From: a virus
Lineage: Duplodnaviria > Caudoviricetes
DNA: 56,092 nt
Virus record (IMG/VR): IMGVR_UViG_3300036851_000592
Coordinates: 1-56,092 of that record
Direction: 5' to 3' (one strand)
Part shown: in pieces, positions 47,838-55,948 of the stretch
Layout: each line of letters opens with the position of its first letter
Numbering within the stretch: position 1 is the first letter of the stretch
Position numbers and translations under genes: made by a program
The notes under the pieces: model-generated
What the model was told of the DNA's origin: nothing
The model's input: the letters and a program-made list of their open reading frames with translations, nothing else
The model's database searches: none

Positions 47838-48194
47838 ATGGTCGCCTATTCCTTCAAGGCTAGATTCGCTCAGCCCATTCTCGACGGTGTCAAAAAACAG
47901 ACCATCCGCGCTGACCGCAGGCGCCACGCGCACCCAGGCGAAGAGCTACAGCTATATACCGGGCGCAAGCTGATCGCCTGCGCGATCTGCAAAGAAGTGG
48001 TTCGCGTCGAAATAGACTTTCGTTGCCCTCAGGTGCTTATCTGTCGAGAAGGAGGTTGGTCTATCCTGAAGGTTGAAGATTTCGCGCGCGCGGATGGATT
48101 CTCGTCATTCCATGCGATGGCGGAATTTTGGCTCTCCGTTCATGGGGCAACTTCGTTTCATGGCTTCATGATCAGATGGGACCGGCTGCTATGA
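47838..48194 (+). CDS. ASCH domain protein
   Basis: F...F...IL.G.K.QTIR, LQLYTG, FARADGF. Confidence 0.75.
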   Translation: MVAYSFKARFAQPILDGVKKQTIRADRRRHAHPGEELQLYTGRKLIACAICKEVVRVEIDFRCPQVLICREGGWSILKVEDFARADGFSSFHAMAEFWLSVHGATSFHGFMIRWDRLL

Positions 48195-48784
48195 CGCCGC
48201 TCGAGTTCGTCAGAGCCGCGCGCGTCCCGCATTCGCTCGAGCCTCAGACGTTCGGGCTATGGACGATCGAGCGGCATATCACTCAGCCTTGCGAGGCGGT
48301 GACAGCCTGCTTCGATGACTATACGATCCTGAGGCGCTGGAGCACGCGCTCGCTTCATCTTCCAGCCGGCGAAGTGGTCATGCTCGATACGATGCAGGAA
48401 CTCGTCTCGCATATGCCGATCTGGCTTGCCGCGCGCGGCCGCGTCCTGATCACCGGGCTCGGCCTCGGCTGCGTTGTCCGCGGGCTCCTTGCGAATCCCG
48501 AGATCGAGCACGTCGACGTTGTCGAGATCGACGAAGCAATCATCCGCGTTATCGGACCCGAGTTCGCCGGCAACGAACGGCTGACGCTCCATCACGGTGA
48601 TGCGACAACGATCGAACTGCCGGGCCGCCATTGGGACTTCGCCTGGCATGATCTCTGGGTCGACGACGGTTGCCTGCAGCTTGTTCACGCGCATCTTTTG
48701 AAGCGGTTTCACGGCCGGACAGGAAGGCAAGGCGCTTGGAAAATGCCGCGTTGGTTCAGGCGCCGTCTGCCTGAATTGCTTTGA
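48191..48784 (+). CDS. Class I SAM-dependent methyltransferase (spermidine synthase-like)
   Basis: VLITGLGLG, VVEID, GDA, WHDLW. Confidence 0.75.
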   Translation: MTPLEFVRAARVPHSLEPQTFGLWTIERHITQPCEAVTACFDDYTILRRWSTRSLHLPAGEVVMLDTMQELVSHMPIWLAARGRVLITGLGLGCVVRGLLANPEIEHVDVVEIDEAIIRVIGPEFAGNERLTLHHGDATTIELPGRHWDFAWHDLWVDDGCLQLVHAHLLKRFHGRTGRQGAWKMPRWFRRRLPELL

Positions 48785-50136
48785 TGATTTATGGCTCGGT
48801 CTGTTCCGGCATCGAGGCTGCGACGGTTGCGTGGCGGCCGCTCGGATGGCGCGCGGCGTTCTATTCGCAGTTCGATCCCGAGCATAAGGGGAAGGGCCCT
48901 GACTTTGCCTCGGCGGTGCTTGCCCATCATTATCCGGACACGCCGAATCGCGGCGACATGACCCGTTTCAAGGAGTGGCCAGGTGCAACTATCGATCTTC
49001 TCGTCGGCGGAACGCCCTGCCAAAGCTTCTCCATCGCCGGTCTCCGAAAAGGATTGGATGACCCGCGTGGCAACCTCATGCTTACCTATCTTGCAATTGC
49101 TCAACGCTATCGGCCCTCGTGGCTGGTTTGGGAAAACGTGCCCGGTGTCTTGTCGGTTGATGAAGGACGGGCTTTTGGCACCCTCCTCGGAGGGATGGCA
49201 GAACTCGGGTATCATGCGGCCTGGCGAGTGCTTGACGCTGAGTACGTGCGAGTGGACGGCTTTGCCCGAGCAGTTCCCCAGCGACGACGGCGTGTGTTCG
49301 TTGTCGGATATCTTGGAGACTGGCGACGTGCCGCGGCGGTTCTATTTGAGCGCGAAAGCCTGTCGGGGAATTCTCCGCCGCGCCGAGAAACGTGGAAGGG
49401 TCTTGCCTCGAGTCTTGCGGCGCGCACTAGAGGTGGTGGCGGGCTCGGGACAGACTTCGATCTCGATGGAGGATTGATCGCCGCGAGGACGATTCAGGCA
49501 GGCGGACATTCGAACAATCCGATTGACGAAAATCTTGTCGCTCAGATCGCGTTTGGCGGAGGTAATACTGTCGGCTCCATCGACGTGGCAACGGCCAGGA
49601 ACGGCCATGCGGTCCCGCATGGCCGTCTGGATTTCGAGAGCGAGACGTTTGTCGCTCACCCGATCTTGGGAAAAGAGAACTCCAGTCACGATCACACGAT
49701 GGACACCTACGTCTCCCACGCCTTGCGCGCCGATGGCTTCGACGCGAGCGAGGACGGCACAGGGCGCGGGACGCCGCTTGTGCCCACCGCCTTCGATTGC
49801 AAGGCCGGCGGGAAGACTGGATTTGCAATTGGCGACGTGCCCGGTTCAATTCGCGGTGATGGCCATGGTGGAGGTCACGCAGCCGTCGCTCTCTCCATGC
49901 GGGAAGAACCGCACAAATGGGCCGTCAGAAGATTGACCCCCGAAGAGTGTGAGGCACTCCAGGCAATCCCTCGCGGCTACACGCTGATTCCGTGGCGCGG
50001 GAAGCTCGCGCCTGACGGGCCGCGCTACAAGGCGCTTGGGAATAGCTTCGCGGTCAACGTCATTCGCTGGATCGGGCATCGGATCGAAAAAAGCAATGCC
50101 ATTGCTCCGAATCGACTTGCGCAAAACGGCGATTAG
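48781..50136 (+). CDS. DNA (cytosine-5) methyltransferase
   Basis: SVCSGIE, GGTPCQ, WENVPG, PQRRRRVF, RRLTP.ECE.LQ, YKALGNS. Confidence 0.95.
   Translation: MMIYGSVCSGIEAATVAWRPLGWRAAFYSQFDPEHKGKGPDFASAVLAHHYPDTPNRGDMTRFKEWPGATIDLLVGGTPCQSFSIAGLRKGLDDPRGNLMLTYLAIAQRYRPSWLVWENVPGVLSVDEGRAFGTLLGGMAELGYHAAWRVLDAEYVRVDGFARAVPQRRRRVFVVGYLGDWRRAAAVLFERESLSGNSPPRRETWKGLASSLAARTRGGGGLGTDFDLDGGLIAARTIQAGGHSNNPIDENLVAQIAFGGGNTVGSIDVATARNGHAVPHGRLDFESETFVAHPILGKENSSHDHTMDTYVSHALRADGFDASEDGTGRGTPLVPTAFDCKAGGKTGFAIGDVPGSIRGDGHGGGHAAVALSMREEPHKWAVRRLTPEECEALQAIPRGYTLIPWRGKLAPDGPRYKALGNSFAVNVIRWIGHRIEKSNAIAPNRLAQNGD
48983..49477 (+). CDS. Nested alternative-frame ORF resembling the M.EcoHK31I beta polypeptide
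   Basis: W.NSG....GE....T.E.......CSLS.ILET......F.LS....GI.RRA.KRG..LP (comparison from memory). Confidence 0.55.
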   Translation: MQLSIFSSAERPAKASPSPVSEKDWMTRVATSCLPILQLLNAIGPRGWFGKTCPVSCRLMKDGLLAPSSEGWQNSGIMRPGECLTLSTCEWTALPEQFPSDDGVCSLSDILETGDVPRRFYLSAKACRGILRRAEKRGRVLPRVLRRALEVVAGSGQTSISMED

Positions 50137-50195
50137 AGCGATGTTGTTTTCATTGAACGGGGCAGCGCCCCACCTGAGGAGGACCAGCCGATGAC
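50087..50195 (+). promoter_or_regulatory. 109-bp block, copy B
   Basis: Identical to 25045-25153; overlaps the end of the C5 methylase. Confidence 0.85.
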
Positions 50196-50514
50196 CATCA
50201 CCCTACTGAAGATAGAAGAATTCAAGATCGGCCTCGCGCTGCTCAATCTCGTGAGCGCGGTCGCGCATAGCATGGACCGCGCCGCGTTGATCGACAGCGG
50301 CGACGACATTTGCGGATCGCTGGTCGAGACGCATGAGACTTTTGCCGATTTCTGCAAGAGCCTTGGCCAGCCAGCCCATAGCCGCACGACGCCAGCAGGC
50401 TATGAAATCCATGAATGGACCGACGTGCAATTCCGTCGCGGTCAGACGCGCGGATCGCTGTATCTCATGGAATTCGCGGTCGGCAACGTCTCCATGTACA
50501 ACGGAGGCCGCTAA
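50191..50514 (+). CDS. Hypothetical protein
   Basis: GAGGAGG RBS. Confidence 0.65.
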   Translation: MTITLLKIEEFKIGLALLNLVSAVAHSMDRAALIDSGDDICGSLVETHETFADFCKSLGQPAHSRTTPAGYEIHEWTDVQFRRGQTRGSLYLMEFAVGNVSMYNGGR

Positions 50515-50515
50515 G

Positions 50516-50836
50516 ATGACCACGGTTTACACAATCCACGCGCCGGAAGCCTCGAAGCTCGAGGTCATCAAAACCGAGATGCGGCAGCTCGGCGCTCCCA
50601 CGATCCGAGTGGTGAACTGCGATGATTATTTGATGGCGCTTGAGGGCAGCCACCGTATCGCGGCCGCCTGCGCTCTTGGGATTAAGCCTGAGTTTGTGAT
50701 TTTTGAGCAGGACGACATCATTGATTTGACCGGCTTCGATTGGTTCGACAGTGCGAATTGGGACAAAACAAGGTATCCGGCTGGCGAGGTGGCGGGCGAG
50801 CTTTTCTCGACGCAAGCCTGCGCATATCGGTTCTGA
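50516..50836 (+). CDS. ParB/Srx-like small protein
   Basis: PTIRV...ALEGSHRIAAA..LG. Confidence 0.5.
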   Translation: MTTVYTIHAPEASKLEVIKTEMRQLGAPTIRVVNCDDYLMALEGSHRIAAACALGIKPEFVIFEQDDIIDLTGFDWFDSANWDKTRYPAGEVAGELFSTQACAYRF

Positions 50837-50840
50837 GCAA

Positions 50841-52218
50841 ATGCCTACTTATCCAACGACCTTGATTGCCCCTGGGCGCCTGATCGCTCAGTGCGGACGG
50901 CTGCGCAAACCGATTGATGATTTGCGGGAACTCTCACGCGCCTATCGCGCCACGATCGACGAGCTTGGGCTCGGAGGATCGGAAACGCCCAATTGCTACA
51001 TCCTCAATGAGGTCGGCAAGCGAGTGGGGCGGGTTTCCTACAACGGCCGCGTCTGGAAAGGCGAGGATTGGTCCCAAGGCGATGTGCCTGTTTATTGTCC
51101 GCGCATGGAGGGCTGAACCAAATGATGACCCGCTATGCCAAAGACCCGCGCTGGCTGACCGCGCGCTGGGATGGAACTGACGCCAACGGCCGCGCCTTCA
51201 AGAAAGGCGAGAGGATTTTCTATTACCCGAACGGCCGCAGCACCCTGAGCGGCGAGGCGGCCGAACAAGCCGCCCGGGACTTCGAGGCTGAGGCTCAGGA
51301 CGAGGAGCAACTGCGGTGACGGAGTATCTCGAAGTGGCGGGCAAATTGCGCAACATCGTTTCTGAGCGCGGCGGTCTCGATCTTGACAGCATGGCGATCC
51401 TCCATGGCGCCGAATCAATCGAGATCCTAGTCAAGGCGCTCGCGCTCGCCGAGGAATGGCTACCGGTCAGCACAATTGGCGACGTTCGCGACGGTCGCAA
51501 GATCATGGTCTGTCTCGCGAAAGTGAATCGCAACAATCGACTCGGCCCGATCCGGCTTGTTCATTGGAACCTTAACCCGCGCTGGAGCCCGCATTGGCTG
51601 GGCGATGTTGCAGGTCATTACTTTCACGACCACGACTTCGCCGCTTGGCGCCATCTTCCCAAACCACCAAAACAAGGAGCCTAATCACTATGGGACTCAC
51701 GAACGTCGAACCGACGATGCAGGATCACGCCTTCATCGCCGACATCGCCAGCGGGCTTCACTTAGTGACGAAAGCCGGGCATACGTTGTATAACCGGCGG
51801 AAAATCTCAAATCACATCGACTTGGACTATTCAAGTCTCTTCTGCGGCGCGGTCGCGACGTGGCTTCTTGAGATTGACCGCAATGTGCCAGGTACGATCG
51901 CAGGCGTCATGAAGACGATCGAGGAACATCTGAAGCGCACGGGAGGCGACGCCGTTGGCTGATCATCGCGAAGTAGATAATCAATTCTGTCAAATGCTCT
52001 GCGACCGTCTCGTGGATTTGATTGCCGAAACGCTGCCTGAATTTCAGAGACTGGTGAATGCTGGTCTCGTTTCAGTTTGTTATTCTGACTTGCTTGCATC
52101 GGCCATTGCCTCAGTTGCGAAGGCATCGGAAGAAAAGGTGCCGCTTTTTCGCCCTGCGCTTCTCAAGGCTATGAGAGAGATTTCGCCGGGCGGCGCGCGC
52201 GGGCCTGGAGTCCAATGA
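50841..52218 (+). CDS. Small hypothetical ORFs (50841-51116, 51122-51319, 51316-51684, 51690-51962, 51955-52218)
   Basis: Tightly packed with RBSs. Confidence 0.55.
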
Positions 52219-52457
52219 ACATCATCCGCTACGCGCGCGGCCGCTTAGGGACGATCTGGGGCCTCGATCGACCACTCCATTATTCCGAGCTTGCCGAGGT
52301 ACTCAGGCTCGCCGGCCGGAATCCAGGCGATACCGTGCGGAGCTATGAGCGCGGGCACCGTCAGGCCTCAGGCCCGGTGCTGCTGGCGATCGATATGATG
52401 ATTGCCGGCGCGCGGCCGCCGGGGCTCGAACTGCTTTTGAGGGAGTGGAATCCATGA
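52215..52457 (+). CDS. XRE-like HTH protein
   Basis: ELAEVL.L.....TVRSYERG....SGPV. Confidence 0.6.
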   Translation: MNIIRYARGRLGTIWGLDRPLHYSELAEVLRLAGRNPGDTVRSYERGHRQASGPVLLAIDMMIAGARPPGLELLLREWNP

Positions 52458-52684
52458 CGACGACGGCCTATGAAGACGAAGTGCTGGGCGATGCGGCGAA
52501 CGAAGTGCGGGAGATCATAGTCAGCGCTCTCGCGGAATTTTCACGGCGCCACGGGACCGACGATCCTGATCTCTATCCGGTGATCGCAACTGGTTTCGTC
52601 ATCGCGATCCTCGAGGACATGCAACCCGCCTGTCCTCACTTCGCAACCGGCATCCGCAGCGCGCTCGAACGGAGAGGATTTTGA
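52454..52684 (+). CDS. Hypothetical protein
   Basis: Coupled ORF. Confidence 0.5.
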   Translation: MTTTAYEDEVLGDAANEVREIIVSALAEFSRRHGTDDPDLYPVIATGFVIAILEDMQPACPHFATGIRSALERRGF

Positions 52685-52819
52685 CGGATGGGGAGCTATC
52701 TCGAAATCACCACGGAAAACCAATCCGATGGAATTGCTGGCCGACATTGTCGAAACAGTTCTCAAAGACAATCTGATTGATGTTCCCATCACCGCAACAG
52801 GCAATAGGAGGGCGGGATA

Positions 52820-53149
52820 ATGGGTGAAGCGAAGCACACACCGGGTCCATGGAAAGTAACAAAATCATCAGAGCGCAAAACACTTTGCGTAGTGAACGAT
52901 GATACGTGGATTTGCGGGGAACTCCAAGCGCTGAACGGGACGGCCATTGATGAACGCGAATGCCTCGCCAACGCCCGCTTGATCGCCGCCGCTCCTGAAA
53001 TGTACGAGGCGCTTGAACAAGCCGAAGCTTGCATGAGCATCGTGGAACCGCGAAGCGACAAGGCGGAATATCTGCGGATTCTTGGCGTGATCCGCGCCGT
53101 AATCGGCAAGGCAGAAGGCCGTCAGCCCTCCGCCCAGAGAGAGGAGTAG
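52820..53149 (+). CDS. Hypothetical phage protein (HTPGPW...ANARLIAAAPE family)
   Basis: Recurrent phage motif. Confidence 0.75.
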   Translation: MGEAKHTPGPWKVTKSSERKTLCVVNDDTWICGELQALNGTAIDERECLANARLIAAAPEMYEALEQAEACMSIVEPRSDKAEYLRILGVIRAVIGKAEGRQPSAQREE

Positions 53150-53404
53150 CTTGGATGGGAGAGGGCTGGCAACCGATTGAGACGGCTCCGAAGGATGGGA
53201 CCAACCTTCTGATGTGCAGCGGCGATCACTGGATGACGACCGGCAGTTGGAATAAGTGGCGCGGCGAGTGGTGCATCAATGCGCCGGGTTATCCTCGCTA
53301 TGGGTACGACGAACAGCCAACACATTGGCAATCGCTGCCCGCCTCGCCCTCCGCCCAAGGAGAGGAGTAGCTCGGATGGGAGAGGGCTGGCAACCGATTG
53401 AGAC
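53125..53404 (+). repeat. 59-bp direct repeat pair (53125-53183, 53346-53404; 3 mismatches)
   Basis: Spans stop, RBS and first codons of two DUF551-like genes. Confidence 0.9.
53155..53370 (+). CDS. DUF551-like protein
   Basis: WQPIETAPKDG...PTHW..LP. Confidence 0.75.
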   Translation: MGEGWQPIETAPKDGTNLLMCSGDHWMTTGSWNKWRGEWCINAPGYPRYGYDEQPTHWQSLPASPSAQGEE

Positions 53405-53573
53405 AGCGCCAGAGGGCGAAGTGGTCGAAACCAAGATTGATGATGCGCTAGGAGTCAGGAATCAGACCAGGCTACGGCGCAAGGGCCGTCTTTGGTTTTC
53501 TCCGGACATGTCGATGTATGTCTACTACGAGCCGACGCATTGGCGCGCCCCGCCCACAACAGGAGAGAGATAG
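53376..53573 (+). CDS. DUF551-like protein, second copy
   Basis: WQPIETAP...YYEPTHWR. Confidence 0.7.
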   Translation: MGEGWQPIETAPEGEVVETKIDDALGVRNQTRLRRKGRLWFSPDMSMYVYYEPTHWRAPPTTGER

Positions 53574-53798
53574 ATGCGAAACGCGGCCATGGTTGCCGAG
53601 GAAGCGCTCAAGGATGCGATCAACCTTATAAATTCACAGTCTGGTCGCATCGATCGATTGCGCTGCGCCCTTGAGGAAATTTCCACACTCGATGCTGATG
53701 AGGACGAAGCGCTTGCTCGTCAGTGCAAAGAAGGCGGCGCGGCAAGATGGGCGAAAGATATCGCGGTCGCCGCGCTGCTCAAAGACAAACCCACATGA
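53574..53798 (+). CDS. Hypothetical protein
   Basis: AGGAG RBS. Confidence 0.55.
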   Translation: MRNAAMVAEEALKDAINLINSQSGRIDRLRCALEEISTLDADEDEALARQCKEGGAARWAKDIAVAALLKDKPT

Positions 53799-53816
53799 CA
53801 GCGCGCGGGAGCACCA

Positions 53817-53982
53817 AGCCATGACCGACACCGAGAAGCTGGTAGAGCGGCTGGAGTTTTGGAGCAAACACCAGTACCGCGTGGTTGATAGCCCTTGGGG
53901 AACAAGTCCCAACGGAGACCTTCGCTTAGCCGCCTCCGAACTCACCCGCCTGCGCCAGCGCGTCGAGGAGCTGGAGGGGGCG
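53817..53982 (+). repeat. Left ~166-bp direct repeat flanking the CRISPR module
   Basis: Matches 55949-56092 plus 106-127 with 2 SNPs. Confidence 0.9.
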
Positions 53983-54024
53983 CTGGGAAACGGCGGATTT
54001 TCCAAAGCGCCCGGAGAGGAGTGA
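53821..54024 (+). CDS. Shortened paralog of the 55953-298 gene
   Basis: Same first ~55 aa and same KAPG.E end; middle missing. Confidence 0.65.
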   Translation: MTDTEKLVERLEFWSKHQYRVVDSPWGTSPNGDLRLAASELTRLRQRVEELEGALGNGGFSKAPGEE

Positions 54025-54025
54025 G

Positions 54026-55348
54026 ATGGGAAACTGGCAGGACAATAAACCGGAGGAAGTGAGGCGCGTCTATCTCTATGGCGCGTTCCCGCCCAAGGAT
54101 GGCCTCGCCGATTTCGACAAGGCTCAGGAGTTGAAGCGAGAGATGTGGGCCGAGCTGTGCGCTATCTATCGCCAGTATGTCGCCGATCTAGCGCTCGTGC
54201 CCGCCGCCGCCGCGCAAGCTGTCGCATCTGGCGATAAGGCTATAATTCGCGAAGCGGAAAAGGAGATGAAGTCCGATCTGTCGGCACGCCTATACGCGCG
54301 GATGGCGGATGCGCGCCGCAGCGTCGCCGCGAAGGGGCTGCACAGCGGCGACTACAACGCTGTGACATTCCAATTCATGGGAGCGGCGCGCGCCTCGAGG
54401 AAACGCGGAGCCCTTCCGGGCGACGGTGACAAGCCGATGGAATCATACTGCGGCGCGGCCGTCGTCAATCAGGTCAAACGGTTTTCGCCCGCGCGGCTTT
54501 TGCACCACACCGAAACTCGGATTGAATTCATCGCGCGACCGCGAAGCAAGTCCCGCCGCGGCCGGCGCCTATTGGCGAGGCTGCACATCACCGTGCGGGG
54601 GCCTAAAAATCCTCTCGGTCACAAGGTACTATCGGTCGATTTCATCATGCACCGGCCGCTGCCTCCCGACGCTGAAATCGTCGAGGTACGGTTGATGCGC
54701 AAGACAATCCCCGCCACCACTCGCGACCGCAAGTCCGCGCTGTGGACGAAATGGCAAGTCGCGATCGCCGTGGCCACTCCCCGGCGTGTTCACGACCGCG
54801 CGGATAGGATCGCAGGCCTTGCTCTCACTTGGGCCGACGACGGATCTGGCGAGCAGGAATTTTGCGTCGTGGCGGAGAATTCCGGCCGCACCGTAACGCA
54901 TGTGATGGAGGCTGGCCATGCCGAGACATGGAAGAGGCTGACAACGCAAAAAGAAACCGCAAGCACGCTCGATGGCGAAGCGCAGGCCAGCGCGCTCCAT
55001 GCCTGTGCGGTTCATGAACGACGTCTCGCGCTGAGGCGCCGTGAGTTTTTGCGCGTCACCGCCGCGCGGCTGACAACTGTCTACAGCGTGATCGCCATCG
55101 AGGACATGTGGCTAGCCGGTATGGGCGTGAAAAAGCATCTCGCGCCGGCCCTGTTTCGGCAGAATCTCAAAAACGCGGCGAAGGTGCGCGGAACGGAAAT
55201 CCTGGAAGTCAAATTGCCCAAGCGAGAAGGAAGAAGCGCGCGGGATTGCGCCAGAATGCTGCTGGAGGAGGCGGAAAAATTCGACGGCGACGACGGAATG
55301 TTGTCCGGCGACGAAGAGAAAAGTCAAGTACATGAGGCGGTTGCATGA
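54026..55348 (+). CDS. Miniature Cas12m-like (type V-M/V-U1, TnpB-derived) effector, predicted nuclease-dead
   Basis: VYLYG..PP start; MHRPLPPDAEI; RuvC-I AGLALTW (Asp absent); bridge helix RRREFLRVTAARL; RuvC-II IAIED; LAPALFRQ.L; no CxxC zinc finger; abuts the array. Confidence 0.8.
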   Translation: MGNWQDNKPEEVRRVYLYGAFPPKDGLADFDKAQELKREMWAELCAIYRQYVADLALVPAAAAQAVASGDKAIIREAEKEMKSDLSARLYARMADARRSVAAKGLHSGDYNAVTFQFMGAARASRKRGALPGDGDKPMESYCGAAVVNQVKRFSPARLLHHTETRIEFIARPRSKSRRGRRLLARLHITVRGPKNPLGHKVLSVDFIMHRPLPPDAEIVEVRLMRKTIPATTRDRKSALWTKWQVAIAVATPRRVHDRADRIAGLALTWADDGSGEQEFCVVAENSGRTVTHVMEAGHAETWKRLTTQKETASTLDGEAQASALHACAVHERRLALRRREFLRVTAARLTTVYSVIAIEDMWLAGMGVKKHLAPALFRQNLKNAAKVRGTEILEVKLPKREGRSARDCARMLLEEAEKFDGDDGMLSGDEEKSQVHEAVA

Positions 55349-55353
55349 AAGCC

Positions 55354-55908
55354 ACCCCTCACACCCTGCATCGGGGGGATGCCGATGACTTCGACGCGAC
55401 CGATGGCGACGTCATTGGCGACCCCTCACACCCTGCATCGGGGGGATGCCGATGACCGCATCATCCGCTCAGCCGAAAGCTTCGGCACCCCTCACACCCT
55501 GCATCGGGGGGATGCCGATGACTGAGTTTCTTGCTTTGGAGGCTGAGATACCGGCCCCTCACACCCTGCATCGGGGGGATGCCGATGACAACGGGTAAAT
55601 GTTGCCCGGTCTCCTTCCCGGCCCTCACACCCTGCATCGGGGGGATGCCGATGACTCGGCAGCCCGAATCAGATCGTCGCGTCCAGGCCCTCACACCCTG
55701 CATCGGGGGGATGCCGATGACATGGGTCTCGCCTCCGAGCCGGCGCATGGCGGCCCTCACACCCTGCATCGGGGGGATGCCGATGACCGCATCTGGCGAA
55801 GCGCCCGGCCCATGCGGGGCCCTCACACCCTGCATCGGGGGGATGCCGATGACCTTGACGCTGACCTTCTCGCCAGCGGCCGCGGTCCCTCACACCCTGC
55901 ATCGGGGG
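55354..55908 (+). CRISPR. CRISPR array: 8 full repeats, 1 truncated trailer repeat, 8 spacers of 30-31 nt
   Basis: Invariant 34-nt core CCCTCACACCCTGCATCGGGGGGATGCCGATGAC at 55356, 55423, 55489, 55556, 55622, 55688, 55754, 55820, partial at 55887; period 66-67. Confidence 0.97.
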
Positions 55909-55948
55909 CGCATCAAGCCGATACAAGTTGAAGTTCTGGAGGAATACG

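Noticed and set aside
52220-52230. 11-nt match to spacer 2 (CATCATCCGCT) at the start of the HTH gene
   Set aside because: Too short and not anchored at spacer position 1; expected by chance
53817-53982. Diversity-generating retroelement template/variable repeat pair
   Set aside because: No reverse transcriptase; only 2 differences, not the multiple A-specific changes expected
54026-55348. Ordinary IS200/IS605 TnpB transposon
   Set aside because: No tnpA or IS end evident, zinc finger and catalytic Asp missing, and a true repeat-spacer array follows
55457-55553. Self-targets for spacers 2 and 3
   Set aside because: None found by eye; a computational search could still find one
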